From Octopus vulgaris (Eukaryota): a DNA stretch of 64,000 nt. This document shows, piece by piece, positions 1 to 14,320 of the stretch. The stretch's first letter is position 1, and every line of letters starts with the position of its first letter. The notes under the pieces are model-generated. The model saw only the letters and a program-made list of their open reading frames with translations, was not told the DNA's origin and did not search any database. The position numbers and the translations under genes were made by a program. Where the stretch lies: the NCBI GenBank assembly GCA_951406725.2, contig OX597818.1:69626001-69690000 (forward strand), given 5' to 3'.

Positions 1-167
1 TTAGATCGACCCCAGTACGCAACTGCTACTTAAGTTATCGAACCCGAAAGGATGGAAAGCAAAGTCAACTTCGGCGAAATTTGAACTTAGAAGGTAAAGA
101 CAGATGAAATACTGCTAAGCATTTTACCGGGGGGGGAGGGGATAATGTCTCTGCCAGCTCACTGCCC
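1..167 (-). mobile_element. tRNA-derived SINE, family B (GGCGGCGAGCTGGCAGA... head), truncated by window edge
   Basis: Reverse complement matches the copy at 57237-57468 (A-box-like GAGCTGGCAGA, B-box-like AGTTCAAAT, GACTTTGCTTTCCATCCTTTCGGG). Confidence 0.8.
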
Positions 168-876
168 TCAACCATGCATCATATTGTTACCTGTCTTATT
201 CCTCTGACATCGTGTGTGTGATATCCATGAATATTTATAGAATAGCAGCTAAAATGTTTTTAAATAAGCATCATTATGTAATATACATGTCTTCAGTAAT
301 TCTATTCAAACATTATTTGAATAACACAATCAATAATAGTGAAACCTCTCAAAGAAAATGAATGATATATCTTTGGATTACTAGGAGAGGGTCTGTTGTT
401 TGACAGTGAAATACTTGTTTACAGACCATACCATTTTCCTTTATTGATAAGTTATTGAGACACAATCAGTGCCAGTGGTTCGGTTTTTCAGGGTTTTCAA
501 GAGTGCTGGGAAGAAAGTCAAACATTCTCATGAAACCACTGACAAGGCCTGAATATCTGCAAAAGAGTGGTCTCTGCTGAAAGATTATAAGCACCAGGTG
601 AGGTGCTGAACCGTGTGACAAATTAGCTCTACTGCCCCAGAACACACAGTGTAAAGAGCTAAAATCAAAATGGTGAGCTATTTTATCCACAGCTCTAGCT
701 ATTCTGCTAATCCGCTTCTCTTGACTGTTTTTTTTTTATTTCATAAGACCCTAAAAGAAAGAAGGAAACCAGAGTTGGCCTTGATAGTAACTGAACTCAG
801 AATGTCAAGAAATGGAACAAAATTTGCAGATGCTTCATCTTATCTAATAAGTTTTCTTCTTTACTGCTTTGGTGCA

Positions 877-930
<54 letters not shown>
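877..930. repeat. Compound (TG)n(AG)n microsatellite
   Basis: Direct reading. Confidence 0.95.
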
Positions 931-932
<2 letters not shown>

Positions 933-1371
933 GTATTCCTTTTTTTTTTCTGTATTTTGGTAGTTATTACTCACATATTTAACAATTTTAATGTCTGTAG
1001 ATTCTGTCCAGTTCCCTATCTCTAGTTTTCTTTGGTCAGGTATGCTATCAGCCTACATTTCACAGGAATTTTGTTACCTGCTTATTTCTACCATTCTTAT
1101 CCTTATTGTGCCTTATACCCCAGACACCAATTCTGTTTTCGTCTTGTCTCTTTCCAAAGTATCCTTGTCGCATTCTTATTGATAGCCTGAGTCCAGAGGG
1201 TATATGCAGAGTGAACAAACTGTCAAGATTTCTCCATGAGAACTCAACTTAAAATATTTTGGTTCCATCTTCATGCAAACTATTTTTGCCTACACAGACA
1301 AATCCTTTATCAGCTTATCAACAAATAAGAAATATATCTTTGTTCTTATTTGTATTTGTGTACATATACAA

Positions 1372-1502
1372 GTATGTATGTGTGTATGTATGTATGTTTG
1401 CATGTATTTATGTATGTATGTATGTATGTATGTATGTTTATATGTATGTATGTTTGTATGTATGTATGTATGTATGTATGTTTATATGTATGTATGTATG
1501 TT

Positions 1503-1533
<31 letters not shown>

Positions 1534-1582
1534 TTATATGTATGTATGTATGTTTATATGTATGTATGTATGTATGTATGTT

Positions 1583-1613
<31 letters not shown>

Positions 1614-1955
1614 TTATATGTATGTATGTATGTATGTATGAATGTATGCAGTTATGTATGTATGTATGTATGTGTGTATGTGTGTATGTGTGTATGTATG
1701 TATGTATGTATGTATGTATGTATGTATGTGTGTATGTATGTATGTTTGTATGTATGTATGTATGTATGTATGTATGTATGTTTATATGTATGTGTGTGTA
1801 TGTATGTATGTATGTATGTGTGTATGTATGTATGTACGTATGTATGTATGTATGTATGTATGTATGTTTGTATGTATGTATGTATGTATGTATGTATGCA
1901 TGCATGCATGTATGTTTGTATGTATGTATGTATGTATGTTTGTATGTATGTATGT
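1372..1955. repeat. (TATG)n microsatellite array with TTTA/TTTG/TGTG variants
   Basis: Direct reading; source of the MYVC/HTYI ORF artefacts. Confidence 0.97.
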
Positions 1956-2176
1956 ACCCTTTTTCTTTTTAATTTAGAATAAATTCTGACTGCCTCCCCC
2001 CCTCCCTTCCACTTGGTAACAAGGTTAGGAAGGAAAGCAACTTGTCTTATTCATCCTCCTTTTGATCATAAGAAGGTCTTGCAAATTTTTATAGTGCCAA
2101 ATATCTTGGTCATTTGTAGGATATGGAATAAGAATTTGCATTCTCTCCCCAAGACCTAAAGTTCAGCCATACTTTG

Positions 2177-2278
2177 TATGTATGTATGTGTGTGTATGTA
2201 TGTATGTATGTATGTATGTATGTATGTATGTATGTATGTATGTATGTATGTATGTATGTATGTATGTGTGTGTGTGTA

Positions 2279-2309
<31 letters not shown>

Positions 2310-3117
2310 GTGTATGTATGTATGTATGAATGTATGTATGTATGTGTGTGTGTATGTATGTATGTGTGTATGTATGCATGTGTGTGTATGTATGTATGTA
2401 TGTATGTGTGTATGTATGTATGTATGTATGTGTGTGTGTATGTATGTATGTATGTATGTATGTATGTATGTATGTGTGTGTGTATGTATGTATGTGTGTG
2501 TGTATGTATGTGTGTGTATGTATGTATGTGTGTGTGTATGTATGTATGTATGTATGTATGTGTGTATGTATGTATGTATGTATGTATGTATGTGTGTGTA
2601 TGTATGTATGTATGTATGTATTATGTGTGTGTGTATGTATGTATGTGTTTATGTATGTATGTGTGTATGTATGTATGTATGTATGTATGTATGTATGTAT
2701 GTATGTGTGTGTGTATGTATGTGTGTGTATGTATGTATGTGTGTATGTATGTATGTATGTATGTATGTATGTGTATGTATATGTGTGTGTATGTATGTAT
2801 GTATGTATGTATGTATGTATGTATGTATGTATGTATGTATGTGTGTGTGTATGTATGTGTGTATGTATGTATGTGTGTGTATGTATGTGTGTATGTATGT
2901 ATGTATGTATGTATGTATGTATGTATGTATGTATGTATGTATGTATGTATGTATGTATGTGTGTGTATGTATGTATGTATTTATGTATGTATGTATGTAT
3001 GTATGTATGTGTGTGTGTATGTATGTATGTATGTATGTATGTATGTATGTATGTGTGTGTGTATGTATGTATGTATGTATGTATGTATGTATGTATGTAT
3101 GTATGTATGTATGTATG
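2177..3117. repeat. ~940-bp (TATG)n/(TG)n microsatellite array
   Basis: Direct reading. Confidence 0.97.
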
Positions 3118-4961
3118 CATGGCTACAAATTGCTTTGACATACATCTCCATGACTATTGTTCTTTTGGATTACTTTACCAATGTACTTTGTTTATTTTGA
3201 AAACAGTCGAGAATTTGGTAGAATTTTGTATGAAATAACTTAGAACAACTTGTAAGAAAAGATTCTTAAATAATGATGAAAGAATATATATTTTATGAGA
3301 AATATAGATTGAATCTGAAAGATGTAAATAAACTTGAATATTAGAAATTCAGAGAAAGAAGAATGCTAACACATTTCTTCCACACAGCAGAATCATTCAA
3401 GGTGTATTTACATTGTTGTTTCTCTCACAGCTAGGTTTCTGATATTTGAAGGCATCTCACTACTTGTATCTAAATAGGGACACTTGGAAAATAAACAGCT
3501 TTGTCACACAGAACCAGATGTGTGCTACAGTAGAATGGTAAGAAAAGAGCTTGGCTCAGTTCCTACAAGAACACAGGCTTGACTTTACAGGTCTTACATT
3601 GACATATACTTTAGATTTCATGAGTAATCGTGGTACTTAGGATACAGAATTGGCTCACTTATTACTCAAGAGTCAGATTTGTTCCATGATACTTCTCTCA
3701 TCTTGTAGATTTGCTGCCAAAGACATCCCACCTATCACCTTCTTGCATTTTTTCACATCATGCATCATGATTCTGGAAGGATATTATCCCGATCTACTTC
3801 AGTACCTGAGTTAGAAAACAATCTGTCAGATATTTTCCTCTGCATTTGTAGTGTGTAGAATAATTTTTTTTGTTTCCTCTAATAAAGAAGCAGTGAAAGC
3901 TAACAGTAAGAAAAACAGCAGCACTTAATACGCCTCAATGTGCTAATCTTTGAAGACTTGAAAATAATTTCAAAAAGAACACTAAACAGAATTTTTTAAA
4001 ATAAACAAGTATCAACAAAGAAACAGACAAACTCTCAAGTAGATTTGATGGCGGAAAATGTAAAATTGTATCCAAACAAAAGGAAGAAGCAAAACAGCAA
4101 GAACAATGCACAAACACCTGTTGTCGAATAAATAGAGAAAGTTTTAGCTTCACTTCTGCTGCTAAAAGTGAACTGAGAAGATATCCACTTGGCAGAATTT
4201 AGCAACCATCAATGCAGCATCTTTGCCAGAGTCCGAAAGGGGTAAAAAAAAACGTGAAAAAAAGTGAAACAGGTTTTGCCAGGAATTAAAAGAAAACAAT
4301 TTGTTGTAATACTGTGTGATGTATGGTATAACATCTCCTTATAGGGCGAGAGAAGAAATTATGGATACAGCAAAAACTGAGTTCTAGAAGCATTGTATCT
4401 GTTGTGTCAACGCCCCAGACGATGAATTAAGCTAACCCAATACGTAGATATAGAGGGAGAAGTCTAGACGTTGACGAGTTGAGTAGAGGTCATCTGAACA
4501 TGTGATATAACAGTATCCTACCCACACATAATGATAAAATTCTTACACATCCTACCCCAACAAACCAGACTACATATCCTCTCCCAAACTGCATCTCTTT
4601 TCTTCCTCACATTTCCTCTTCATACACTATGACTATCTCCCACTCCCCAACCCTGTCCTCACTACTCTGATCACTGTATCATTGCTTTCCCCACCCCCTC
4701 TATATACCCAGGTTCTCACCAGTCATAGCATTCCCCACTCCTACTCCCTACATGTACCTCTTGGCAATTCCCTACCACGTATATTACGACCTCCATACCT
4801 TGAGGCTATGCCTTGGCACCTGCCACCCATTATCTCCCTCTTCCTAATTCTACCATCACATCTATGCTCTGATCCCTTGGCACTTCACCACCATCTCTCT
4901 CCTGCTCTCTCTTGCACTCTTGCTGTCTCCTACTCTCTCTCTCTCTCTCCTTTGCTCTTCT

Positions 4962-5133
4962 CTCTGGCTTGGTAACCATATCTCTCCTCTACAGCAGCAC
5001 ACCTGTTCCTGCCCTCATTCTTGATCTCTCTCTCTCTCCCTCCTTCTCTCTCTCTCTTTCTATCTCCTTCTCTGCATCTTCCCTCTGGCTTGGTAACCAT
5101 GTATCTCCTTTACAATAGCACACCTGTTTCTGT
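4962..5133. repeat. Imperfect direct repeat of ~50 bp (CTCTGGCTTGGTAACCAT...GCACACCTGTT) within CT-rich DNA
   Basis: Copies at ~4962-5012 and ~5083-5133. Confidence 0.8.
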
Positions 5134-5229
5134 CTTCTTTTTGTTAACACATTCTCCGCCCACTCTTTCTCTCCGTCTCTCTCTCTCTCCCTCTCTTCGT
5201 CTCTCTCTTCCTCATCCAGCTGTAAGATC

Positions 5230-5415
5230 CATGCCAAAACTGACCTCACCTGTGCAGGTGCCATGTAAAAAGCACTCAATCCACTCTGTAGAGTGGTTGG
5301 TGTTAGGAATGGCATCCAGCCATAAAAACCATGCCAAAACAGACACAGAGGTCTGGTGCAGTCTTCTGCTTGGCCAGCTCTTGTCAAACTGTCCAACCAT
5401 TAAACGATAATGATG
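5230..5415 (+). mobile_element. SINE family C fragment (AGGAAGGGCATCCAGC motif, (GAT)n tail)
   Basis: Similar to 15020-15415 and 47345-47565. Confidence 0.7.
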
Positions 5416-6004
5416 GTGGTGATGATGTGTTTGGTATTTGAAACTGAGAACGGAACGAAAAGGCAGGTGAGTCAAGCTCATTATACACTCAACCCTAACC
5501 CTAATACCACAAAGCATGTGTCATTACAATACAAAAAACAAAAGTAAAGGATACATGTTATGTGCAAGAATTAACAGCCAAATGTACAGAGATGCATTGG
5601 GTGGGTCACAATGGGATTGAAAGACTTGCTCACACCCTAAGTTTATAGAAAAATATCGATACAACTGTACTGCTAGTCACATCATCCATTTTGTGTTCAA
5701 GGAAAGATAAAAGACTCACCGTGTACCCAGGTTCAAAAACCAGCGGTCAACAAGCAGACATCAAGGGAGTCTAGGAACGTACTCAGCTTTGGCATTCCAT
5801 CATTTTGCAACAAAATGGTCAAACAAGATCAAAAGAGCTGGGAAACTGTCTGGGATTATGACATGAGTAGAAAGTGATGGAAAGATCACAATTCTGTAAA
5901 GGAAAGATTATCCCAAGCAAAAACAAACAGAAGCAACAAGGGTGGGAGGGTTGCCTCTACAAGACATGAATTTCATGGTTGTGTAAAACACCAATATACC
6001 CAAA

Positions 6005-6153
6005 GGCATATGGCGTAGTTGTTATGAGAATGGGCTACTAACCCCAAGATTTTGAGTTCGATTCCAGGCAGTGACCTGAATAATAATAATAATATCGAAA
6101 AATACCTTAGGAATGAGAGCCCAGGTTCAAAATTTCTCCAAGACACCTGATGA
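6005..6153 (+). mobile_element. tRNA-headed SINE-like element
   Basis: A-box TGGCGTAGTTG, anticodon-like arm GGG-CTACTAA-CCC, B-box GAGTTCGATTCC, followed by (AAT)n and a non-tRNA body. Confidence 0.65.
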
Positions 6154-6938
6154 CAAATATTTTTGTGATGAAACTGATGAAATGATTCAAAGGAAATAAT
6201 AATGATGCAATGCTATGATGAAGAGCATCAATAAAGATGGAACCTTTTAAAAGACATCTGGCTGATAGATTATTGATGAAGAACAACCTACTGAAATAGG
6301 ATGACAAAAAGATTACCTGGTCAGAGAACGCAGGATGCTACATAGCATGACTGACTGAAAATATTCGGTGCAAAAGGTTCCAAACAAGGAAAGACAAATG
6401 GAACAGGGTCATGTGATGCTCTAATCCAATGTAGCTGGTTTTTAAGCCATGTTTGAGGAGGATAAGCTATTTCCTTCTCGTTTGCTTAAATATCTTTTTA
6501 ACTGTATCTGTGTTTGTTTTTAATAATCATCTATAAATTTCCTGTTAACTTGTGTAGCTTCAAAATTTGTACCATGTTTGCATTGTCTGATATCTCTGCC
6601 TCCCCCTCCACCTCCTCATTTATATAATTTTGTAGCCCTTTATTCCTAGATGCTTGGTTACACCTTTCCGCTAATCTATGGTGTTTTATTCTACCTATGA
6701 ATGGACCCTGCTGGCAATAACAAAGAAGAAATTATCATGCTGTTGTTGTTGCTGTTATTCACGGCTCGAGAAATACATCAGGAGTTCCCTTTTCTTTAGA
6801 AAGAAGTATTAAGTGTATCTTGGAAAACAAGCATAAAATGTTTCAAGGTTAATAAATACAATGTGAAAATGCACCAACAATATTTACAGATACTGTGCAC
6901 AACTACTGCTGGTCTTACATTCTGAAACGATCCAATTT

Positions 6939-6976
<38 letters not shown>

Positions 6977-7287
6977 GTTTGCTTTGTATTATGCTGCTGC
7001 GAAAGAAAGGCCATACCTGAAACATGTGAGGTTATAAGTTCATATATCTAACTGTCCTTATGATATTACATCTATCTCCTTTCTCTTGAAATTACAAGCA
7101 TGTATTCTCAATGCACGTATATCATTTCCCATGGGTGAAACATGAAAACAATCCCTCTTTCCCTGATAAGTGTCCATTTATAATATTATACACATTTCTA
7201 TTAAATCTAACCGATACATAAATAAGAATGGTTATGTTTCATTTACCCTATCCACCGCCCACTCACTCCGCTATCCTCAATCTCTCT

Positions 7288-7318
<31 letters not shown>

Positions 7319-7536
7319 CAATAATACATATTCCCATTGATATATATCTATATATATATTTCTTACATTTCACATCGCCATTCCGCTTTTTCACATACAT
7401 ATTGTTATTTATTCATATTTTTCTTTTTACATGTCTTTTTTTTCCTTTTCTATATTCTACACCAATTCACATCTAAACACAATCTTCTGTGGTCTTTCTA
7501 TGTTTATTTCCCCCTCTCTCCTTCTCTTTCCCCCTC

Positions 7537-7571
<35 letters not shown>

Positions 7572-8092
7572 TTCTCACACACACATTCACATGCACATGA
7601 TCTCTCCTTTTCTCTTTCCATATATTTTATGTGCAGCATGTGTTTGTGTGTGTGTGTATGAGTGTGTGAATAAGTGCGTCTGTATTGAGAGAGAGAGGGA
7701 GAGTGAGAGAGAGGGAATAATAAGGGGACAAGATAAGATTGTATTTGCTTGTGTGTGTTTGTGTGAGACTCATATATCATCATCATCATCATCACCATCA
7801 ACATTTTATGCCTATTTTCCCCCCGTCTCATTGTTTGGCCAAGTCACCACAGACCGTGTCCGTTCCTATTCTGAGTTATTTCCCCCTGTCTAGGAGACCA
7901 GAATCTCAACAAGCAATGTTGTCTCAATGGTACATTCCATTATTGGCAATGTTTTCTACGGCTGGATACCTTTCCTATGACCAACCACTTCACAGAATAC
8001 TCTGGGCACAAATACAAAAGCAGTTCTCGTCTCCTTGACCAGCTAAAATGTCTCAAGCTGTCTTTGACTTAACTGAAGAACCTATACGTGCG

Positions 8093-8234
8093 TGTATGTA
8101 TGCATGTATGCATGTATGTATGTATGTATGTATGTATGTATGTATGTATGTGTGTATGTATGTATGTATGTATGTGTGTGTGTGTATGTATGCATGCATG
8201 TATGTATGTATGTATGTATGTATGCATGTATGCA
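8093..8234. repeat. (TATG)n microsatellite
   Basis: Direct reading. Confidence 0.95.
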
Positions 8235-8739
8235 AGCATATACATATGTAGACACACACATATATAGTACAGCATTCTAAGAGATGGATGACAGCAAGTT
8301 AAGTTCTATGTGCAAAGGAAAACATTTGATTTGACCTGATCCAAGCCATCACCTATTCTTCCTTCTGTCATCCGGATGCTTTCATGTGCACATCAAGTTG
8401 ATTGTCATTGCTGTAGATGAATTACCGTGACATGAACAGATATGCACGAGAGAAGCTCTGTTTTGCTTCCAAGCAGCAGTAATTGTCACTCATTGCTCTT
8501 GACTAAGAAAATGTCTGCTTGGTATTCAGATGTATTGTCATGTTTCAATTATTTGAGTGTTTGTCGTTTTTACTGGTGCTCGTATTGTTGTGCATAGATG
8601 AGATTTCTAAGCAGGCTTCAAAAGCAATCTAATGATGTGGGTGTTATTATATAAATCTGTTGATGTTTGTGTTACATTGGTTCTGTGTCTATAGCAGATG
8701 TAAAACGTTTGTTGCTACTTTGGTATAAGAGTTGTTTTC

Positions 8740-8905
8740 CAAATGGACAGGATGAATTTGTGTTTATGGCTACATCTAGTGAAAATATCTGTTCTGAAAT
8801 TCAAGTATTCTCCAATTTAAGTAGGATATACCTTATCTAAAATGTACATTGGTCGCATCTTTGATGCTTTTGAGTGTGAATTTGACTTTTTAAAGAGCCT
8901 CCATT
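8740..8905 (-). mobile_element. Degenerate Penelope-like element, C-terminal end of the GIY-YIG ORF
   Basis: Minus-strand translation WRLFKKSNSHSKASK...LDKVY.../LNFRTDIFTRCSHKHKFIL resembles the PLE C-terminal pattern 'W.IL.....C.LC..EK...LN.R.E....C.H..KF.L'. Confidence 0.45.
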
Positions 8906-9382
8906 AGCTACTGCAGCCAATGTTACTATGAAATATATTCTATGAATTTGAAACTTATGTCATTGTCAACAATCTCTTACAATACCATACGTAAAATTTT
9001 CAGAACTCACTCTCAAATGTATTGAGTACATTAATTTGCTTAATGCCTCAACAAATGACCAGAATATGGGTGAATGTATATGTATATATACATATATATA
9101 TATGTGTGTGTGTATTTATATACATAAATATATCTACATATGTGTGTATGTGTGTGTGTATTGCTTGTAGTCCCCAACGAATTTTATGATCACCATCTTA
9201 AATGATAAATCGTTTGATGCCTTTACTTCTTAACAATATCAGCTACAGAGGTCCCAGACATTTTTAGGTAAACCAGAGAGTCACAAGTGGTGCCATCTGT
9301 CTTACACTTATAATGTGACCTTACTACAAGCACAGAAACTATGGAAGCCCTAGTATTTCATCATTGCAGCCACATGAAATAC

Positions 9383-9592
9383 ATTCTTTTACTTGTTTCA
9401 GTCATTTGGCTGTGGTCATGCTGGAGCACTGCCTTTACTCAAGCAAATTGACCCCAAGACTTATTCTTTGGAAGCTTGGTACTTATTCTATCAATCTCTT
9501 TTGCCAATCCGCTAAGTTACGGGGATGTAAACACACCAGTATCGGTTGTCAAGTGATGTTAGTGGGACAAACACAGACACACAAACACGCAT

Positions 9593-9623
<31 letters not shown>

Positions 9624-9787
9624 CGATGGGCTTCTTTCAGTTTCCGTCTACCAAATCCATTCATAAGGCTTTGGTCAGCCCGAGGCTATAGTAGAAGGCA
9701 TTTGCCCAAGGTGCCGCACAGTGGGATTGAACCCAGAAGCATGTGGTTGGTAAGCAAGCTACTTACCACACAGCCACTCCTGTGCCT
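9383..9787 (-). mobile_element. tRNA-derived CORE-like SINE, family A (bipartite, internal TA/CA microsatellite)
   Basis: Reverse complement of the 20790-21200 element; GGCACCTTGGGCAAATG core-like motif. Confidence 0.85.
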
Positions 9788-10999
9788 ACATTGATAATAT
9801 CCACATTTGAGATCCAAGAGCTTGTTCAATACTGCTAACGTGGGGAGGGGGATGTCAATAAAGCTTTATAAGGAAACCAAGGGTTCCCATTTGCTATCAT
9901 TTATATGAAGGAAACAGGCAGTGGCAAGGGTGTCCCAAGACGACCAGGATCTCTCAGTTGCAGAAAATCACTGGGAAGCTGATTGCTATAATTCATTTCT
10001 TTCTGGATATACTTGCCTAAGGTTTATCTCCCTCAACTCTTTCACACAGCAGCAAGCCAGCACAGACGACTTACTCCTCCAACAGCAGCTTATGGCTCCC
10101 CTGTCTAGGATTCCCTTAGACATGAAACATTTTGACCAGCTGTTTGCCCTTTGTTACTATCCATGGTTTTCAATAAAAATATATTATGAACAGATATCTT
10201 CCACTGGACTGGCATTTAAGAAGCATCGTTTGTAGCTTTATTTATGCATGTGTGTTGTGTTGTGTGTGAGTGTGTGCATGCATGTGTGTCCAAAACGCCT
10301 TTCAGTCCAATTGATGACAGGTGAAACAGGTAAGGACCTCAGAACCTTTCAGGTGTTCAAGTCACATTAAAATATATCCTCTGCTTTCTGTAATGCGTTT
10401 GGCATTATGAAGGGCAGTTCACCCATTGACATAGAACCAAAAAACGGAATGGACAAGTGAGATATGGTCCTCCTGTCCGTCTAGGCAGAGGAGAAGGGGG
10501 CAGGTATTTCAAATGAGAAATTACTTGGACCGTGACAACATATTCAAGTGATGTTAGTGTGGGATGGTGGATAATGATAATGATGTTGATGATAATGCAG
10601 TAAATATCTGTCTCTCATAAATACAAATGCAAATATACTCTCTTCTCCTTTCATCAGTACATTCTCCCTCCCTGCTCTCCATACATATATATGTGTGTGT
10701 GTATACATGTATGTATATGTATGTATGTGTGTGGTGGTGGAGGCATGTGTGTGTGTAGGTATACAAAGAAAGAAAGCGATAATAATATAAAAAAGAAAAG
10801 AGCCAAACAGAGTGATGTTTACATATGTATTTGTGTGGCTTCTAAGAGAACAGAATACAGCTTTAAAAATAGTAAAGAATAGATGTAAAGAGAAACATCT
10901 GAATGAATGAATAGCAATCTGTATGTGTGAAAGAGCAGAATATATGAATGGCAAATATATAACTGATACATAGATATATATAAAGAATATTTTGTTATT

Positions 11000-11030
<31 letters not shown>

Positions 11031-11387
11031 ACGATTGGGTTGCGAGAGAGGTTAAATAAAAGTCTATTGATTTGGATTTACATTTCCCCAGTATTTCTAT
11101 GTCCTCTCGCACTTGTCCTGTATAAATAGTCATTGATTCTATTCTAGGTTTAGTTGTCCTTTTGACAGATTTGGAATTCGAACAGCTGTGTTTCTAGCAA
11201 ACCACTTCACCAGTCGAGTCTGACATAGGTGTTTAGTCACCACCAGCAAAAAGGAATAAACCAACAAATTATAATTACTTTACTTTATATACAGCCATAC
11301 AGACGTGCAAATATAGACATGCATAATACATACACACACACACATTAGATGTGTGTGTTTATCTTTATGTGAAGTTAAATATATATA

Positions 11388-11394
11388 TGTGTGT

Positions 11395-11469
<75 letters not shown>
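11388..11469. repeat. (TG)n microsatellite
   Basis: Direct reading. Confidence 0.97.
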
Positions 11470-11470
<1 letters not shown>

Positions 11471-13441
11471 TGCTTGCCTCATCTTGTCTGATGATAGCCA
11501 TCTCATTTCCAGCCTAATTCTGCTGATTTGCTTATACATTCACAGAGATGACTTTTCATGCCTTGCATTGACCACCATGAGACTTTATGAAATACAAAAC
11601 AAATCAAGAAAGGAAACGATAGCAAGGCATCTCTATGGCTTTGGGTTTAAATGCCATTGGCTTGTGCAACACTGTTGCAACTCCCTGCCACCAAAGTTGG
11701 TTCCAGTAACAAGCATTGCAAGATGACTTGCAACTATTTTGACTGCAAATTTTGTCAGAGTGTCTTTCTCTTAGAAGAGCTGACTTCCATACAGTTTTGT
11801 CAAAAACAACCTCTTCAACCCCTGGGAAGTGTATTTAACTCATAGATAGAGTCAGAAGGAACCTGAGTAAAATGGTAAATAAGGGGTGATTCCACACTCC
11901 CAACAATTCCAGAATTCTTGAACTAAAGGCTCACCACTGGATGCACTTTAATGTCATTCCGATTGAGAACAATTCTGATTTAAGCCATAGATGGGATCCT
12001 CACCTTTCGTGGTCAGAACAAACCTTGGGGTTATGGTATTAAGGTGTGACTCCAAGCTCCCCACGACTCCAGAGTCTCCGAACTGAAGCCTCACACTGGA
12101 GTCATAGCCAGTCAGTCGTTCGACTAAAGTACTTTGAGACGGCGCTTCTAGTCCAATGACTGAAGCCAGTAAAAGGCAAAAAAGGATAAAAGAGGCAAAA
12201 ACAGGCATAAAATGTGAAGAGGAAGACATTAATTAATTCCGACAATGAGACATAATTGATTTTCCAGATCCCATCGAACGCAGAGTAAAAAAATGCATGA
12301 AGAAACAAGTGTTGAAAGTCTTTCATCTTAAACAAAACAAAATTTAAACGAGCACGTATACACACACACAACACACACACACACACACAAGCAAACAGAC
12401 AAACAGACAAACGTTAACAGAATCATCCTTGAAGATTCATTCAACCATGAACTCCCAGTGTCAGCACCCATGAAATGAAAACTCTCAAAACTAATTGTTC
12501 TATAAACAAATAACTCTTTCCAATAAAAGAAACAGACTTAAGCAAAGATAACACGCAGACGCGCATGCATGCACACACACACAGACACACACATGTGCAC
12601 ATGTCCACAAGTACACACGTACACACCGATGTACAAGTACATACACACAGGCACATTTCCTTCACTAACAAATGTTCCTTAATATGATTAAATAATGAAT
12701 TCAGCCAAAAAACAACGAATGAGACAAATTTCCCCATTACCTCCATAAAAACGAAAGCAATAAACCAAAAGACAACACCCAGACATGACCCCAACCAAGA
12801 ATTTCAATGGAAATAAAGGGGACTGAACAGTAGAATGCATCCTCTCTAAATGAATGAACCACGATATTGAGCTGCAACATTTCTTACCTAAAGATCACAT
12901 TGCCAGGTCATGGTCCGAAAGTGACGAAAATATTTTGATAAATTAAATTTAAATGTTGAAGTGAATCTAACGAATTTTGTGTTTTTCTTAAATGGCTTAT
13001 AAACACCTTCCATGCTGCAATTGTTTTCGTTCCAGCATACGATCTCAGATCAGGTCACTTGCTATGCAAGTACATCTCCATATATATTCTGTTTAAAGCT
13101 TATTTCTCCATTTTTGAGATCAGCAACAGTTTGTCGCTGGAATGAGTCTTCATCACTAGCTAGTGGTTATCGCACACTGAAAATGAGTAAATACCCAGAA
13201 ACCTGGGTCTATGTGTATCACGTAAGGTTAGAGATGGGAGCGATGACCTCCTCTTGCAAATACTAATCAGACACAGACAGTGAGTCATTAGCTAGCTGGA
13301 GGAGATGTCTTCCTGGGGCTAAAAACAACAGCAACATCGTCCTCTATGAGACTGCCACATTTAGTCGGCAAATATATTTTAGGATATTTGTGTGTGTGTG
13401 TGTGTATACACTCATACATTGATACATAATACATACATACA

Positions 13442-13477
<36 letters not shown>

Positions 13478-13699
13478 TATAAACTGGGTGAATGAGAGAG
13501 AGAGAAAATTTTGCACACACACACACTCACATATATTTATACATACATACATACATGCACAAGCACATGCACACACACACACACACACACATATATTATT
13601 TACACCATCTCAGACTACAATTCGAATACACAGGACCAGTGGGTAGTGCAATGCCAGGGTGAGAATCGGTGCATGACCTGCGAACCTGCATGACTAATG

Positions 13700-14320
13700 A
13701 TGCAAAAGTCGATGTGCATATTACCAAGATGGCAGCACTGTGCACGCTAAAAGCTGGATGGATTCTCTGATTATTCAGAACCAGATATGAGGATACCTCG
13801 CTGCTCCTATGGAGAATTTTTGGTCTCAGTTGTTTAGATTACTGCTTCCAACTGTGGTCGCTGCTGAGAGTCAAACTGGTGGTTGAAATCGAGGCAGTCC
13901 AGCAGCACAACCCAAAGGTTGACTCAGTGAAATAAATGAGCTGCTGGGAGAAGCTAGAAGAACTGAAGCTCTACTCATAAGAGAGAAAGCATGAAAGATA
14001 TGCAGTGATATACATATGGAAAATCCTGGAGAGTCCAGCTCTCAACCTTGGAATTAAAAGCTGTACTAACCACTGAACTAAGCAGCGTTGCCTAATACCA
14101 AAGATGCCATCTTCTCCATCTCAAATAATGACCCAGGACAGTAAAAACTTGTGTTTCAAGGGAGCACAACTGTTCAGCTTTCTGCCAAACAACCCCAGAG
14201 ATTTGTGAGGTGTAGATGCAGAGGTCTGGAAAAAGCATCTGGACAAATTTCTATCTAAAATTCCAGATGAATACACATTGTAGCAGGAGACACAAACAAG
14301 GACAGCTCCATCCAACTCGC
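13700..14320 (+). mobile_element. CR1/L2-type LINE, 3' end of ORF2 (degenerate)
   Basis: Translation ...CLDYCFQLWS...EIEAVQ...SCWEKLEELKLYS*ERKHERYAVIYIWKILE matches the CR1-group RT C-terminal pattern 'LDYCSQLWSP...YWERL..L.LYSLERRRERY'; contains stops. Confidence 0.75.

Noticed and set aside
1259-3238. Long ORFs (MYVC/HTYI repeats) and all similar poly-I/M/H/S/Y/N ORFs across the window
   Set aside because: Translations of stop-free microsatellites; no coding complexity
4005-4266. ~87 open codons on + (K/E-rich)
   Set aside because: A-rich composition, no start or acceptor, and no recognisable motif
5491-5504. Telomeric (CCCTAA) motif
   Set aside because: Only two units; expected by chance
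6005-6075. tRNA gene (also 19985-20055)
   Set aside because: Poor acceptor-stem pairing and continuation into repeat bodies indicate SINE heads
9921-10235. 104-aa ORF
   Set aside because: No recognisable homology or exon boundaries; GTG start
11954-12229. ORF resembling a signal peptide plus a Cys-loop receptor start (LVERLTGYDSSVR)
   Set aside because: The hydrophobic part is a T-rich tract leading into SINE family A tail-like sequence (TTTTACTGGCTTCAGTCATT); no RP motif and no downstream receptor exons seen
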